DNA of 64,000 nucleotides from Candidatus Kaiserbacteria bacterium RIFCSPHIGHO2_02_FULL_49_34 (GTDB taxonomy: Bacteria; Patescibacteriota; Minisyncoccia; Phycocordibacterales; UBA918), in NCBI GenBank assembly GCA_001781205.1, contig MFLE01000025.1, positions 22,914 to 86,913 on the forward strand, written 5' to 3'. The notes beneath the pieces are model-generated. The model worked only from the letters and a program-made list of their open reading frames with translations, did no database searches and was not told the origin of the DNA. The position numbers were made by a program, and so were the translations under genes. Numbering within the stretch: position 1 is the stretch's first letter; each line of letters begins with the position of its first letter. Below, in pieces: positions 40,065 through 52,590 of this stretch.

Positions 40065-40778
40065 TTATCTGATAGCTCCTTCTAATGACTCTTTACTATA
40101 CTTGACCTTCAAATGACTGTCAATGCTTCTAATATTTTTCTCAAACATAATGATTTCATGGTCGCTATTCTTAACCACAAGATGCACGACGATACGGTCG
40201 CCAAATTCGGTTTTAAGTGCGTTGACGGTATCTTTGGCGGAGAAATACTGTGTAATGAATGTCTCTTTCATGATTCTTCGACCTTCCTGCTTTTCTCGTG
40301 CTTGTGTGAACTTCCATGCCTGGAGCGGATCTTGGTAGACATAATATACATAGACAGATCTGCCCCGTTTGAGTGAACGTTCTACATTTTGCTTTGCGGT
40401 AGCGTAATTAGAAAGTGTACCGTCAAGAAGAAAAGATTGTTTGTTCTTGAGGAGGCTCGCATGAAGCTCGTGTACCAATTTTGTGACAGGTAACTGAAAC
40501 ACATGTGCGTTACCGCCTCCATATCCGGGCATTCCTTTACGAAGTTCATCAGGATCAATACGAACTACGTTTATATCGCTTGTTTTAATCTGCTGAAGCA
40601 GACGCAAAGAGAATTCCGTCTTCCCTGCACCTGGGGAGCCCGCCATAAATACCGACACAGGGTTCGTGTCTGGCTTCACAACATCGAGCGATGCATATCG
40701 CTCGACAAGCTGCGATTTCTGCGTTTTGACGTATTCAATTGCAGCATCACATATTTTTTGTTCGTCAGGTGTGAGCAT
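40065..40778 (-). CDS. Zeta toxin family P-loop kinase
   Basis: FMAGSPGAGKTEF, IDPDELR, LLDGT, REKQEGR. Confidence 0.85.
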   Translation of the reverse strand: MLTPDEQKICDAAIEYVKTQKSQLVERYASLDVVKPDTNPVSVFMAGSPGAGKTEFSLRLLQQIKTSDINVVRIDPDELRKGMPGYGGGNAHVFQLPVTKLVHELHASLLKNKQSFLLDGTLSNYATAKQNVERSLKRGRSVYVYYVYQDPLQAWKFTQAREKQEGRRIMKETFITQYFSAKDTVNALKTEFGDRIVVHLVVKNSDHEIIMFEKNIRSIDSHLKVKYSKESLEGAIR

Positions 40779-40810
40779 GGGGCATCTAAGTTAAAATATT
40801 TAATGAGGGT

Positions 40811-41767
40811 CTATTTCGAGAAAACAATAAGTGTATCTTGCACCATGTCGTCGAGGGTTTTTGTGGGGTACCAGTTGAGTTCACTATTAGCTTTTGCGGG
40901 GCTAGCAATGACTGATGCAAGGTCGCCAGGGCGGCGTGGGCTTTCTTTGACAGTGAGCTTTTTGCCGGAGATACGCTCGAAGGCGTCTACAAGTTCTCGT
41001 ACTGAATACCCAGTGCCGGTACCAAGGTTGTAGGTGCCACTTTTTTCTGTTTCGAGAGCTTTGAGGTGTCCGTCGACAAGGTCAGTCAGATGGATATAAT
41101 CACGCATCGCTGTTCCGTCTTTTGTTAGGTAATCAGTACCGAAAATATGAAATGGCTCCCCTGTGGTTAAAGCCCCTGCCAGGAGCGGGAAGACATTTTG
41201 TGCATTATGCTCAGCGAAAGAAAGTCCTGCGTCGCCAGCGACATTGAAATAGCGCAGAATACTGTATTTTTGGATCTTCCCTGTTCGTGCAAAGTCTTTG
41301 ATTATCATTTCTGCGATAAGTTTGGTGCTACCGTAAACACTGACAGGTGCTGTTTTTGAGTCTTCGACGTAAAGATCATTAATGTCTTCTTGTGGCTCAT
41401 ATACTGCTGCGGTTGAGGAAAAAATGATTTCGGGAATGCTATGCTTTTCCATTGCTCCGAGTATATTGAGCGTGCCGACGACATTGTTCTGATAATACAA
41501 TGTGGGGTTCTGCATACTTTCACTCAATACTTTCTTTGCGGCGAAGTGAAAGACTGCATCAAATTGATGCGCGCCACACACAGCATCTAGCTCTGCAGGA
41601 TTCATAATATCACCCTGCGCGAATCCGACACTTTCTCCTATTTTTTCAGGCTGCCCTGTTGAGAGGTTGTCGAAAACAACAACAGCATGCCCTTGCTGCA
41701 CAAGCTGATTCACACATGCAGAGCCAATATATCCTGCTCCACCAATAACGAGAATGTTTTTCTTCAT
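40811..41767 (-). CDS. galE: UDP-glucose 4-epimerase
   Basis: GGAGYIGS, FSSTAAVY, YGSTK, LRYFNVAG, DGTAMRDYIH. Confidence 0.93.
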   Translation of the reverse strand: MKKNILVIGGAGYIGSACVNQLVQQGHAVVVFDNLSTGQPEKIGESVGFAQGDIMNPAELDAVCGAHQFDAVFHFAAKKVLSESMQNPTLYYQNNVVGTLNILGAMEKHSIPEIIFSSTAAVYEPQEDINDLYVEDSKTAPVSVYGSTKLIAEMIIKDFARTGKIQKYSILRYFNVAGDAGLSFAEHNAQNVFPLLAGALTTGEPFHIFGTDYLTKDGTAMRDYIHLTDLVDGHLKALETEKSGTYNLGTGTGYSVRELVDAFERISGKKLTVKESPRRPGDLASVIASPAKANSELNWYPTKTLDDMVQDTLIVFSK

Positions 41768-41988
41768 GATTGTGAGTATAGCACGACACAAAGCATGTTG
41801 AAATCTGTGCGTTTTTACTTTAGCTTCTAGGTTCAGTGGTGTGTGCAAGATTTGCACACACCACCTCATCTTTTAATATATTTCTAATATGTTTTATATA
41901 ACAATTCTTTCCGCACAAAAGAAGGCCTTCCCTACCAAATACTCATCATTTCGGTGTTGCATAAATTTGTAAGCTCGTAATATGTATA

Positions 41989-42030
41989 CTAAAAACGCCC
42001 AAAGCAAAAGTTTGCTCTGGGTGTTTTTAG
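41989..42030. terminator. Terminator hairpin related to 39823-39863
   Basis: ctaaaaacgcccaaagcaaaagtttgctctgggtgtttttag. Confidence 0.7.
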
Positions 42031-42046
42031 TAGCAAGTGATGTTAG

Positions 42047-43402
42047 TTATTCCTTTACACAGCTCGCAATTGCGGTATTGACGAAGGGGTCGGGGGTGGG
42101 TTCGTTGAGTTCATATTTAACAGGGATTTCTGGGGTGTAGCCGTTGTGAGAGAGTGAGGTGCCTTTTGGGGTGTACCAGTGGGCGATGGTTACCTTAAGG
42201 GAGCCGATGTCGGCGATGTCGATGAGGCGTTGGACGGAGCCTTTACCGTAGGTTTTCTGTCCGACAATGTTTGCGGCCTTATGTTCGCCGAGGGCTGCGG
42301 CGAGGATTTCTGAGGCGGAAGCACTGCGTTCGTTGACGAGGATGGCGAAACAGGCAGTCTCACGCTTTGCGCCGAAATTCTCTATGCCAAAGCTTTCATA
42401 GCGTTCATTTAAATTATTAGCACCTTGTGCGTAGGTGATGAGTTTTCCTTTTGGAAGATAGTAGCTTGCAAGAATGCCGGCAACACGCATGTCGCCACCG
42501 GGGTTGTCGCGAAGGTCGAGAATGAAAACTTCTTCGTCGCTTGCAACGAATGATTCGACTTCTTTATTAAATGCAGATACGGAACTTTCGGCGAAGGTTG
42601 AGAGGCGAACGATGCGGTAGTTTTCTTTCTTTGCTTCGTATTCGAAGGTCGGCTCTTCTCTTGCGGGAGTGACAGCATCAATAACAGAGTTCTTGAGCTC
42701 ATCTGCTTTTTCAACGACCTTTTTCGCGACCTGACGAACTTGTGTGACCGCTTGTGAGGCAATGGTGGGAATTGCAACGGTGCCGCGAATTATCGGGACC
42801 GTTGCCGGCGAGCCGTCCTGGCGGACAAGGTCAAGTGTGACCACGGTACCTGCTTTACCACGAATATGCGCAACAATATCCTCGAGCGTTGTCGCCTGAA
42901 TACGTGTACCGTCAATTGCCATGATACGGTCACCTGCTACAAGCCCTGCGTCTTCTGCAGGCGAGCCCGGTAGAATACCCGTTACAAACACGGTGTTTTC
43001 ATCAAACATGTTGAGTACTGCGCCAATACCTTGGAAATCGCCACGCACTTGCTCTTTGAGTGCATTTGATTGTTTGGTTGGAAGGAACACCGTGTACGGG
43101 TCGTCGTAGGCATTTACCAGGCCGATGATGGCGGACTGGACGCGTTCGGTTTCTTCTACTGGTGTGGAACTTGCACCACCATAGAAGTTTGTTTCGAGCT
43201 GTGCCCAGGTTTGCCAGAAGGTTGCAAAATCGACGAGTTTTGCAGGGTCCTCGGCACCCGAAAACGCGCCACTACTGGTGGCGTTTTTGATTGAGAATAT
43301 TGGTACGGTTTGTGGCTCGGGTTCTGTGAGAACTCGTGAGAAATAGCCGACAGTGAAGACCATTACGGCAACGGCTACGCCGAGAAGATAGTTGCGATAC
43401 AT
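42047..43402 (-). CDS. S41 family C-terminal processing peptidase with PDZ domain
   Basis: DPYT, GIG, SPAEDAGL, LDLRDNPGG, SASASEI, TYGKGSVQ. Confidence 0.93.
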   Translation of the reverse strand: MYRNYLLGVAVAVMVFTVGYFSRVLTEPEPQTVPIFSIKNATSSGAFSGAEDPAKLVDFATFWQTWAQLETNFYGGASSTPVEETERVQSAIIGLVNAYDDPYTVFLPTKQSNALKEQVRGDFQGIGAVLNMFDENTVFVTGILPGSPAEDAGLVAGDRIMAIDGTRIQATTLEDIVAHIRGKAGTVVTLDLVRQDGSPATVPIIRGTVAIPTIASQAVTQVRQVAKKVVEKADELKNSVIDAVTPAREEPTFEYEAKKENYRIVRLSTFAESSVSAFNKEVESFVASDEEVFILDLRDNPGGDMRVAGILASYYLPKGKLITYAQGANNLNERYESFGIENFGAKRETACFAILVNERSASASEILAAALGEHKAANIVGQKTYGKGSVQRLIDIADIGSLKVTIAHWYTPKGTSLSHNGYTPEIPVKYELNEPTPDPFVNTAIASCVKE

Positions 43403-43497
43403 GTTTGGGAGTATACCTTGGAACTGGTACGGATGGAAATTTTAGCCACCCAGACAACATTGTTGTACGCGCATAATCAATCGACAAACCCTACGAA

Positions 43498-43667
43498 CTG
43501 TCATCCTCGGGATTTAGGAAACAAATGAGGAAGCCTTTCCGAATATTGTTTTCAAATACCCGGGGATCCATGGATTACGAGCAGTGCTTTTTATCCATGG
43601 ATCCCCGGGTATTTTAAAAATATACTCCGCTTTGCTACGTTATTTTTATGAATCCCGAGGATGACAG
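43498..43667. repeat. Nested palindromic REP/MITE-like element
   Basis: ctgtcatcctcgggatt...aaatacccggggatccatgga/tccatggatccccgggtattt...aatcccgaggatgacag. Confidence 0.9.
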
Positions 43668-43677
43668 TTCTGGCTGG

Positions 43678-44820
43678 TTACAGATATAACGCAAATGTTT
43701 TCTGGAGCATTTTTTCTTTGGTAAATATTCCGCTACGCATACGTGCATTGTGGGCATAGTGGGTACGAAGCTTTTCGTTGGTATGAAGGAGCAGACACGC
43801 ATCAGCAAGTGCGGAGGCATCACCGGATGAGACGAGAAGTCCCTCTTCGCGATGACGGATGATTTCAGGAACACCACCGACTGATGATGCAATAACCGGC
43901 ACACCTGCCGCACATGCTTCAAGAAGCACGTACGGGAATGCCTCTGTCCTTGATGGCAATACTACGAAAGAGAATGCTGTCAAATATTTTGACGCGTTCG
44001 GCACATTGCCAAGCAGAAAGACATTTTTTTCTAGTCCATACTTGTGTATGAGGTGCTCGAGATTTTTTCGCGCCTCTCCTTCGCCCATAATAATATGTCG
44101 CACATGAGGCTGTGCTTCTACGATGTCACGCATGGCGCGAATCATAACGTCATGCTGTTTCGTAGGATGGAGTTCTCCGATACTTACCGACCATAGGTCA
44201 TGCAGGTACGGCGAGAGCTCATGATATTGTATTGCGAGCTGTGTGCGCGCATCGTTCTTCGAAAGGTGTCCCGCCTCTTCGAGACCGTTATATACGAGCG
44301 TCATTTTGCGGGCGGTAAACGGCCAGTTAAGCTGGCGCTTAGTTACATCAGCAACAGCAATGGTTGTATGGGCAAGCATCACGGTGAGCCAATGGAAAAA
44401 CTTGAGAATACCTTTCTGCCAAAATGGACGTTTCTCATTAAATGCCCAGCCGTGTGCGGTAAATATAATGCGTGGCACGTTGCACAGCCTGCCCGCGAGT
44501 GCGCCCATAATGCCTGCTTTTGAAGAATTGATATGCAGCACATCGGGCTTTTCCTTTTTTAGGATTCTAAGAATCTCTTGAAATGCGCGAATTTCCTGGA
44601 GAAATCCGACATCGCGTGTAAGTGAACGAAGTGTCCGCACGGTAACTCCTGCATCACTGAGTCGCTCCACAAGTTCTCCTTCCCCACCAAGTGCAACCGC
44701 CACCGAAAAGCCTGCGTGCTGTGCGCCTGTTGCAAGATCATATACATAACGCTGTGCACCGCCCCAGTTTGACTTGGTAATAAGGTAGAGAATTTTTGTT
44801 GACGTCGTACCGTGTATCAT
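43678..44820 (-). CDS. Glycosyltransferase family 4
   Basis: Reverse complement reads MIHGTTSTKILYLITKSNWGGAQ...EAFPYVLLEA; the ORF track labels it + but the sequence places it on the minus strand. Confidence 0.92.
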   Translation of the reverse strand: MIHGTTSTKILYLITKSNWGGAQRYVYDLATGAQHAGFSVAVALGGEGELVERLSDAGVTVRTLRSLTRDVGFLQEIRAFQEILRILKKEKPDVLHINSSKAGIMGALAGRLCNVPRIIFTAHGWAFNEKRPFWQKGILKFFHWLTVMLAHTTIAVADVTKRQLNWPFTARKMTLVYNGLEEAGHLSKNDARTQLAIQYHELSPYLHDLWSVSIGELHPTKQHDVMIRAMRDIVEAQPHVRHIIMGEGEARKNLEHLIHKYGLEKNVFLLGNVPNASKYLTAFSFVVLPSRTEAFPYVLLEACAAGVPVIASSVGGVPEIIRHREEGLLVSSGDASALADACLLLHTNEKLRTHYAHNARMRSGIFTKEKMLQKTFALYL

Positions 44821-44910
44821 ACCTAAGATAGTACCGTGCAATAGGGAAACTGTCTAATGTCACACCCCACTCTTGCAATATTATGCCATTTTGCTACTAT
44901 TCTTAGTATT

Positions 44911-46293
44911 ATGCGCGAACGAACACGAGAACTTGGACTTCTTATTATCGGTGATGTGTTCTGCTTTATTGCAGCACTCTACCTCACCCTCTCAGTACGA
45001 TACATTGAGCTCCCGAGCCAAGAGCTTTTGCGAGTCCATCTCGTGCCCTTTCTTATTTTCACCGGCTTGTGGATTCTTACCTTCTTTATTGCAGGACTCT
45101 ACGACAAACAAACTCGTATTGCACGCATGCGCATGATGGGACGCATTGTGTATGCACAATTCGTTAACATCCTCATTGCGCTCACGCTTTTCTTTGCGCT
45201 TCCCTTTGGTATTAGCCCAAAGACAAACCTCCTCATCTATCTCTTCGCTTCAATTGGTCTCATCTCCCTCTGGCGCGTCTACCTCTATCCTTGGCTTGAT
45301 GGTACACGACGCAAACGCATGCATGCCCTCCTTATCGCAAGTGGCACCGAGGCGCACGAACTCCTCCACGAAATAAATGCGAACAATCGCTTCGGCTATA
45401 AAATCGTTCACCACATCGACCCTGAAAATAGCATGCGCGATGTTCCTGGTGCGCCAGCACTCCAAAAAATGATTTCTCAGAAGAACATCGATCTCATTAT
45501 TGTCAACACATCGCTGCTTTACGCACAGCATACGCTCACCCGCCTCTACAGTGACCTCGCCGCACAAGGTCTTCCGCCTATGCGCGACTTCAAGGCAATC
45601 TACGAAGAAACGTTCGACCGTGTGCCGCTTGCAACTGTTGAGCGCGACTGGATTACCTACCACAGTGTCGACCGCGATTCATTCTCGTACATCATCGGCA
45701 AGCGCCTCATTGATATCATCGGTTCGAGCGTCTTACTTCTCGGTTTCGTTATCTTCCTTCCCTTCATTGCACTTGCTATCAAGCTCGATTCAAACGGTCC
45801 TGTCTTCATTACCCAAGAACGAATCGGCAAGAATGGCCGTCGTCTGAAGATTTGGAAGCTTCGCACCATGACCGCAAATGACAGTGCATCCGGAACCTTT
45901 GTTGATGACAAAGACATACAGGAAAAGCCAAAGAACGTCGTCACGCGCGTTGGCCGATACCTCCGCGCAACATCGCTTGACGAGGTCCCACAATGTTGGA
46001 ATATTATTCTCGGTGAGCTTTCTCTCATTGGCCCACGTAGCCACATCCTCGGCATCGCCGAACGTATGGCAAAGGAAATCCCCCATTACAAACTCCGCAC
46101 CGCCATCACCCCAGGCATCACGGGATGGGCACAAACCCACCAATTCTACGCCCCCGGGAACATCAGCCCCCAGTCGAACGAAGAAACAAGGCTCTGCTTC
46201 GCGTACGACCTCTACTACATCACCCACCGTTCGCTGTGGCTTGATATTGAGATAGCTCTGAGAACGATAAAGACCGTTATTGCGAGAATATAA
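44911..46293 (+). CDS. Initiating polyprenyl-phosphate sugar transferase (WcaJ/WbaP-like)
   Basis: N-terminal TMs, KRLIDI, KLRTM, SLDEVPQ, SLIGPR, PGITGWAQ, DLYY. Confidence 0.92.
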   Translation: MRERTRELGLLIIGDVFCFIAALYLTLSVRYIELPSQELLRVHLVPFLIFTGLWILTFFIAGLYDKQTRIARMRMMGRIVYAQFVNILIALTLFFALPFGISPKTNLLIYLFASIGLISLWRVYLYPWLDGTRRKRMHALLIASGTEAHELLHEINANNRFGYKIVHHIDPENSMRDVPGAPALQKMISQKNIDLIIVNTSLLYAQHTLTRLYSDLAAQGLPPMRDFKAIYEETFDRVPLATVERDWITYHSVDRDSFSYIIGKRLIDIIGSSVLLLGFVIFLPFIALAIKLDSNGPVFITQERIGKNGRRLKIWKLRTMTANDSASGTFVDDKDIQEKPKNVVTRVGRYLRATSLDEVPQCWNIILGELSLIGPRSHILGIAERMAKEIPHYKLRTAITPGITGWAQTHQFYAPGNISPQSNEETRLCFAYDLYYITHRSLWLDIEIALRTIKTVIARI

Positions 46294-46343
46294 TATCTAA
46301 TGAACTACCCCGCGGCGCATGCCCGGGGTAGTTCATTAGATAT
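46293..46343. repeat. Palindrome with 20-bp arms
   Basis: atatctaatgaactaccccg-cggcgcatgcc-cggggtagttcattagatat. Confidence 0.85.
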
Positions 46344-46390
46344 AACATCTCCAGCATTCACTACTTATCCCTACAAGGCTATCCTCTTTA

Positions 46391-48622
<2,232 letters not shown>

Positions 48623-48632
48623 TCCCTCACTC

Positions 48633-48755
48633 CTGGATCCCGTCAGGATGACAAATGTTGGGTGCAGTGTTTAAATGAATTAGAAGTTAAAATCGATTTT
48701 AACCATCTACTAATTTTGAGCATCGCCCCTCATTTTGTCATCCTGACGGGATCCA
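48633..48755. repeat. REP/MITE-like palindromic element
   Basis: ctggatcccgtcaggatgacaaa...ttaaaatcgattttaa...tttgtcatcctgacgggatcca. Confidence 0.9.
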
Positions 48756-48814
48756 TGTGTTAGAGCGTATACCTCGAACTTTGCATTTGTGCATCTATCT
48801 GTTATACATACATT

Positions 48815-49558
48815 ATGAAAAAAGATACTTCATGGGAAGTTGCCGCAAGCTGGTACGACGAACACCTAAAAAATGACGACACATACCATGCGAAGGTAGT
48901 GCTGCCGAATTTACTGCGTGTGCTTGATTTGAAGCCGACCGATCACGTGCTTGACCTCGCGTGTGGCCAGGGATATTTTACTCACCATTTTCTTGGAATT
49001 ACCAAGCATGTCACCGCCGTCGACCTTTCACCTTCACTTGCGGAGATTGCTGCAAAGGTGAATCCTGAGGCTGACGTCCATGTTGCGCCAGCGCAGTCAC
49101 TCGATTTTGCAAAGAGCGCTTCGTTTGATGTGGCTATCTGTGTACTCGCACTCCAAAACATGGAGCAGCTTGAAAAGGTATTTGCAGAAGTTGCGCGCGT
49201 TTTGAAACCTGACGGACGTTTTGTCTTTGTACTCAACCACCCCACCTTCCGTATTCCAAAAGTTTCGTCATGGGGATTCGAAGGTGCACACAAACAGTAT
49301 CGCCGTATTGATAAATATCTTTCTGCATTCAAAGCAAAGATTGATATGCGACCGGGAACAGACGATTCACATACGTGGTCATTCCATTATTCCCTACAAG
49401 ACATCATGAAGTCGCTCCGTAAGAGTAACTTTGCGATTACACGACTTGAGGAATGGATTTCGCACCGTGAGAGCGGCAAAGGTCCACGAGCTGAGGCTGA
49501 GAACGTTGCGCGAAAGGAGATACCACTCTTTATGATGATGGAGGTGATGAAGGTCTAG
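48815..49558 (+). CDS. Class I SAM-dependent methyltransferase
   Basis: VLDLACGQG, RVLKPDG. Confidence 0.88.
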   Translation: MKKDTSWEVAASWYDEHLKNDDTYHAKVVLPNLLRVLDLKPTDHVLDLACGQGYFTHHFLGITKHVTAVDLSPSLAEIAAKVNPEADVHVAPAQSLDFAKSASFDVAICVLALQNMEQLEKVFAEVARVLKPDGRFVFVLNHPTFRIPKVSSWGFEGAHKQYRRIDKYLSAFKAKIDMRPGTDDSHTWSFHYSLQDIMKSLRKSNFAITRLEEWISHRESGKGPRAEAENVARKEIPLFMMMEVMKV

Positions 49559-49595
49559 TCCTTCATTAAAAAAATGTGCCTGATGGCACATTTTT

Positions 49596-50495
49596 TTACA
49601 TTTCTCTCAATCTACGAATGCGATCGTGTGCAGGTGGATGAGTTTGGAAAAGTCCACTAACTTTTTGTCCAATGGAGCGTTTATTCCCTTCAGCAAACGG
49701 GTCACTGATGAAGAGGTGTGCGGTTGCATGGGACGCTCGCTCCATCGGGCGGGCGTGCCCGCTTATTTTTTCAAGCGCCGACGCAAGTCCCTCAGGATAG
49801 CGCGTCAAAAGTACGCCTGATGCGTCGGCAAGATATTCACGCTTACGCGAAATCGCAAGATGAATGAGCTGTGCAGCAATTGGTGCGAGAATAATGCCAA
49901 CAATACCAATAATAAGCACGACAGGATTCCTGTTGTCGTTGTTGCCTCCACCAAAGAGCGCGGCACGCATAAGCATATCAGCAACAATAGCGACAAAGCC
50001 AGCGAGCACCACTGCGACAGTCGCAACTAACATGTCACGATTCCCCACGTGCGAAAATTCATGTGCGAGCACACCTTCGAGCTCATTGCGGTCGAGGAGG
50101 TCGAGAATGCCTGAGGTCACGGCAACGGCTGCATGCTGTGGGTCGCGCCCTGTTGCAAAGGCATTGGGCGAGGGGTCATGTACGACGTACATTTTCGGCA
50201 TGGGGATGCCGGCAGTGATTGCAAGATTTTCTGCGATGCGCTGAACCTCCCGATACTGCGGGTTGTGCATGTCGAGTGGCTTCGCGCCGGTCATTTTAAT
50301 CACAAGGGTATCAGAGAACCAGTAGCTCCCAACATTCATAAGGAGCGCAAACGCAATCGCCACATAGAGAATGATTGGGTTACCCAGATACCACGCCACA
50401 CCGTATCCAACCGCAATTACCATCACCAAAAACCCGGCCATTAAGAACCAGGTCTTGCGAATGTTTTCACCTTGATGTGTATAAATAGTTGCCAT
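49596..50495 (-). CDS. htpX: M48 zinc metalloprotease HtpX
   Basis: PNAFATG, HEFSH, SRKREYLADA, THPP; follows lemA. Confidence 0.93.
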   Translation of the reverse strand: MATIYTHQGENIRKTWFLMAGFLVMVIAVGYGVAWYLGNPIILYVAIAFALLMNVGSYWFSDTLVIKMTGAKPLDMHNPQYREVQRIAENLAITAGIPMPKMYVVHDPSPNAFATGRDPQHAAVAVTSGILDLLDRNELEGVLAHEFSHVGNRDMLVATVAVVLAGFVAIVADMLMRAALFGGGNNDNRNPVVLIIGIVGIILAPIAAQLIHLAISRKREYLADASGVLLTRYPEGLASALEKISGHARPMERASHATAHLFISDPFAEGNKRSIGQKVSGLFQTHPPAHDRIRRLREM

Positions 50496-50498
50496 GTT

Positions 50499-51083
50499 TT
50501 AGAAAGAAACCTTGACCGTTTCGCGTTCAACGCTGCTCTCAGGAAGTTCAAAGAATGGTTCTTCCTTAAAGCTAAATAGTGAGCCGATCATGTTTGCAGG
50601 GAATGACTGGAGAGCAATTTTAAAGTCGCGCGCGTTGCCGTTGTAGAAGCGGCGTGCTGCCTGAAGCTTGTTTTCGGTGTCGGCGAGTTCACGCTGGAGT
50701 TCGACGAAGTTTTGGTTTGCTTTGAGGTCAGGATATGCTTCGGCGAGTGCGAAGATTTTACCGAGAGAGCTTGAAAGTGCACCTTCGGCTGCTGCCATCG
50801 CCATTACGCCATCTGCGGTGATATTGCTTGCATCAACATGTACCTTTGATGCTTCGGCGCGTGCGGCAATCACGGCTTCGAGGGTGCTACGCTCGTGCTG
50901 TACGTAGCCTTTGACGCTTTCGATAAGGTTCGGGATGAGGTCATAGCGACGCTTGAGCTGCACGTCGATGTCTGCCCATGCCTCTTTGGTGCGATGAGTA
51001 AACGAAACAAATCGGTTGTAGGCAACGATTGCCCACACGACGATAAGCGCGAGAATGATAAGGGTGATGTTAACTGGTGTCAT
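50499..51083 (-). CDS. lemA: LemA family protein
   Basis: WADIDVQLKRRYDLIPNL, EAYPDLKANQNF, ARRFYN. Confidence 0.95.
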   Translation of the reverse strand: MTPVNITLIILALIVVWAIVAYNRFVSFTHRTKEAWADIDVQLKRRYDLIPNLIESVKGYVQHERSTLEAVIAARAEASKVHVDASNITADGVMAMAAAEGALSSSLGKIFALAEAYPDLKANQNFVELQRELADTENKLQAARRFYNGNARDFKIALQSFPANMIGSLFSFKEEPFFELPESSVERETVKVSF

Positions 51084-51159
51084 AGTATATAATTACGAAG
51101 TAATACAAACATACTACCATGAGTTTGCGAGAAAACAAGAAAAAAGGTAGGCTCTTCTC

Positions 51160-51978
51160 ATGAAGATTCCGAAGTATGTCGCACTCCAAAAAGCCGTTGG
51201 CGAGACGCCACTTTCGTGTGCAGAAGCGTACCGAGCGCGGCATCCTGAGCTCATTGGCGTGCCGCTCTCATATGCTGGAAGGCTTGACCCTCTTGCTTCG
51301 GGAGCGTTACTCGTGCTTATTGGCGACGAATGTAAGCAACAGAAAAAATATCACGGACTTGATAAAGAGTACGTGATTGAAGTAGTAATCGGTATCGGCT
51401 CTGACACAGGTGATGTTATGGGACGACTTTCTGCGGACGCTTCCCTATCAAGGACTCCGAAGGAGACTGATCTTACAACCATCGCAAGGGAGCTTTCAGG
51501 GAAAATGCTCTCGCTCCCCTACCCTGCATTTTCATCGAAAACTGTCCATGGCAAGCCGCTACATACTTGGGCATGTGAGGGGCGACTCAATGAAATTGAG
51601 ATCCCGACACAGACCGCACCATTGTATGAGATGAAGTTTCTCAGCATGAGAACAATGCCTGCTGCAGAGCTCGCAGAAACAGCAATCGAAAAGATGAACA
51701 CTATTCCGCCCGTCGAAGATGCCCGAAAGGCTCTCGGGAACGATTTTCGCCGCGGTGACATTCGCGAAGACTGGAAGCAGTTCGCTCTTGCCAAAAAAGA
51801 CATCCCGTACACCATTGCAACATTCCGCGTTTGTGCCGGCAGCGGCATGTACATGCGTACCCTTGCGAACGAAATCGCAAAAAAGTTTGCAACGAACGGA
51901 CTCTGTCTCTCTATCCATCGTTCAAAAATTGGCACACTTCATCACTTCTTAGGTATCTCATTTTTTAGAAAAAAATAG
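51160..51978 (+). CDS. Pseudouridine synthase, TruB-like
   Basis: AGRLDPLASG catalytic Asp motif, KEY, GMYMRTLA. Confidence 0.8.
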   Translation: MKIPKYVALQKAVGETPLSCAEAYRARHPELIGVPLSYAGRLDPLASGALLVLIGDECKQQKKYHGLDKEYVIEVVIGIGSDTGDVMGRLSADASLSRTPKETDLTTIARELSGKMLSLPYPAFSSKTVHGKPLHTWACEGRLNEIEIPTQTAPLYEMKFLSMRTMPAAELAETAIEKMNTIPPVEDARKALGNDFRRGDIREDWKQFALAKKDIPYTIATFRVCAGSGMYMRTLANEIAKKFATNGLCLSIHRSKIGTLHHFLGISFFRKK

Positions 51979-52071
51979 ACCGCACGATGTCGGGCGGTCT
52001 ATGCAACAGGATGCTGCAGTGCGTACTATCCTGCGATATGCAGATATCAGCCTTGGTGTAAGAGCAAGGGG

Positions 52072-52467
52072 CTAGCCTCGGTAGAGTCTTGTGCGTGCGT
52101 GCATTGCAAGAAGCTGGTAGATAAACGCAACAAGGCTCACATAGAGCGCTGCAAGGAAAAAGTCATGCGAGTACGGACCTAGGGACACGGTACCGAAACA
52201 ACCCAGAAGTGGCAGCAGGATAATGACTGCGGCCGTCCTCGTTGTGAAGGCGTTGTATCCGCTTGCATTTTTGAAGTTTCCCCAGTACCCCGTGGCAACA
52301 CCGAAGAGTGCTCCTATGCTGGTGAGTCGTTCGATTTCTGCGATACTAATCAGATCTTCAAGCGAGTCAAAAAGGAGAACCATTCCTAGCAGACAGAGTG
52401 TCGAGAAAAAGATTAGCATTATTTGTATCACTGCTGCAGAGAGCATAGATATCACTATTTGCTTCAT
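52072..52467 (-). CDS. Hypothetical membrane protein
   Basis: GGAGG SD, about 4 hydrophobic segments, own terminator. Confidence 0.6.
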   Translation of the reverse strand: MKQIVISMLSAAVIQIMLIFFSTLCLLGMVLLFDSLEDLISIAEIERLTSIGALFGVATGYWGNFKNASGYNAFTTRTAAVIILLPLLGCFGTVSLGPYSHDFFLAALYVSLVAFIYQLLAMHARTRLYRG

Positions 52468-52590
52468 AGAAACCTCCGTTTGTAAAAAGGACCAACGTTT
52501 GCAATGTACAACAAAAACAAAGGCTAAACAACCCCTCTTGCGTGCATAAAAATAGCCACGAGCATGCTCGTGGCCTTTGAAGAACTTTTT

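Noticed and set aside
43678-44841. ORF track lists this GT4 on the + strand
   Set aside because: The given protein is encoded by the reverse complement (CAT at 44818-44820, TTA at 43678-43680); annotated as minus
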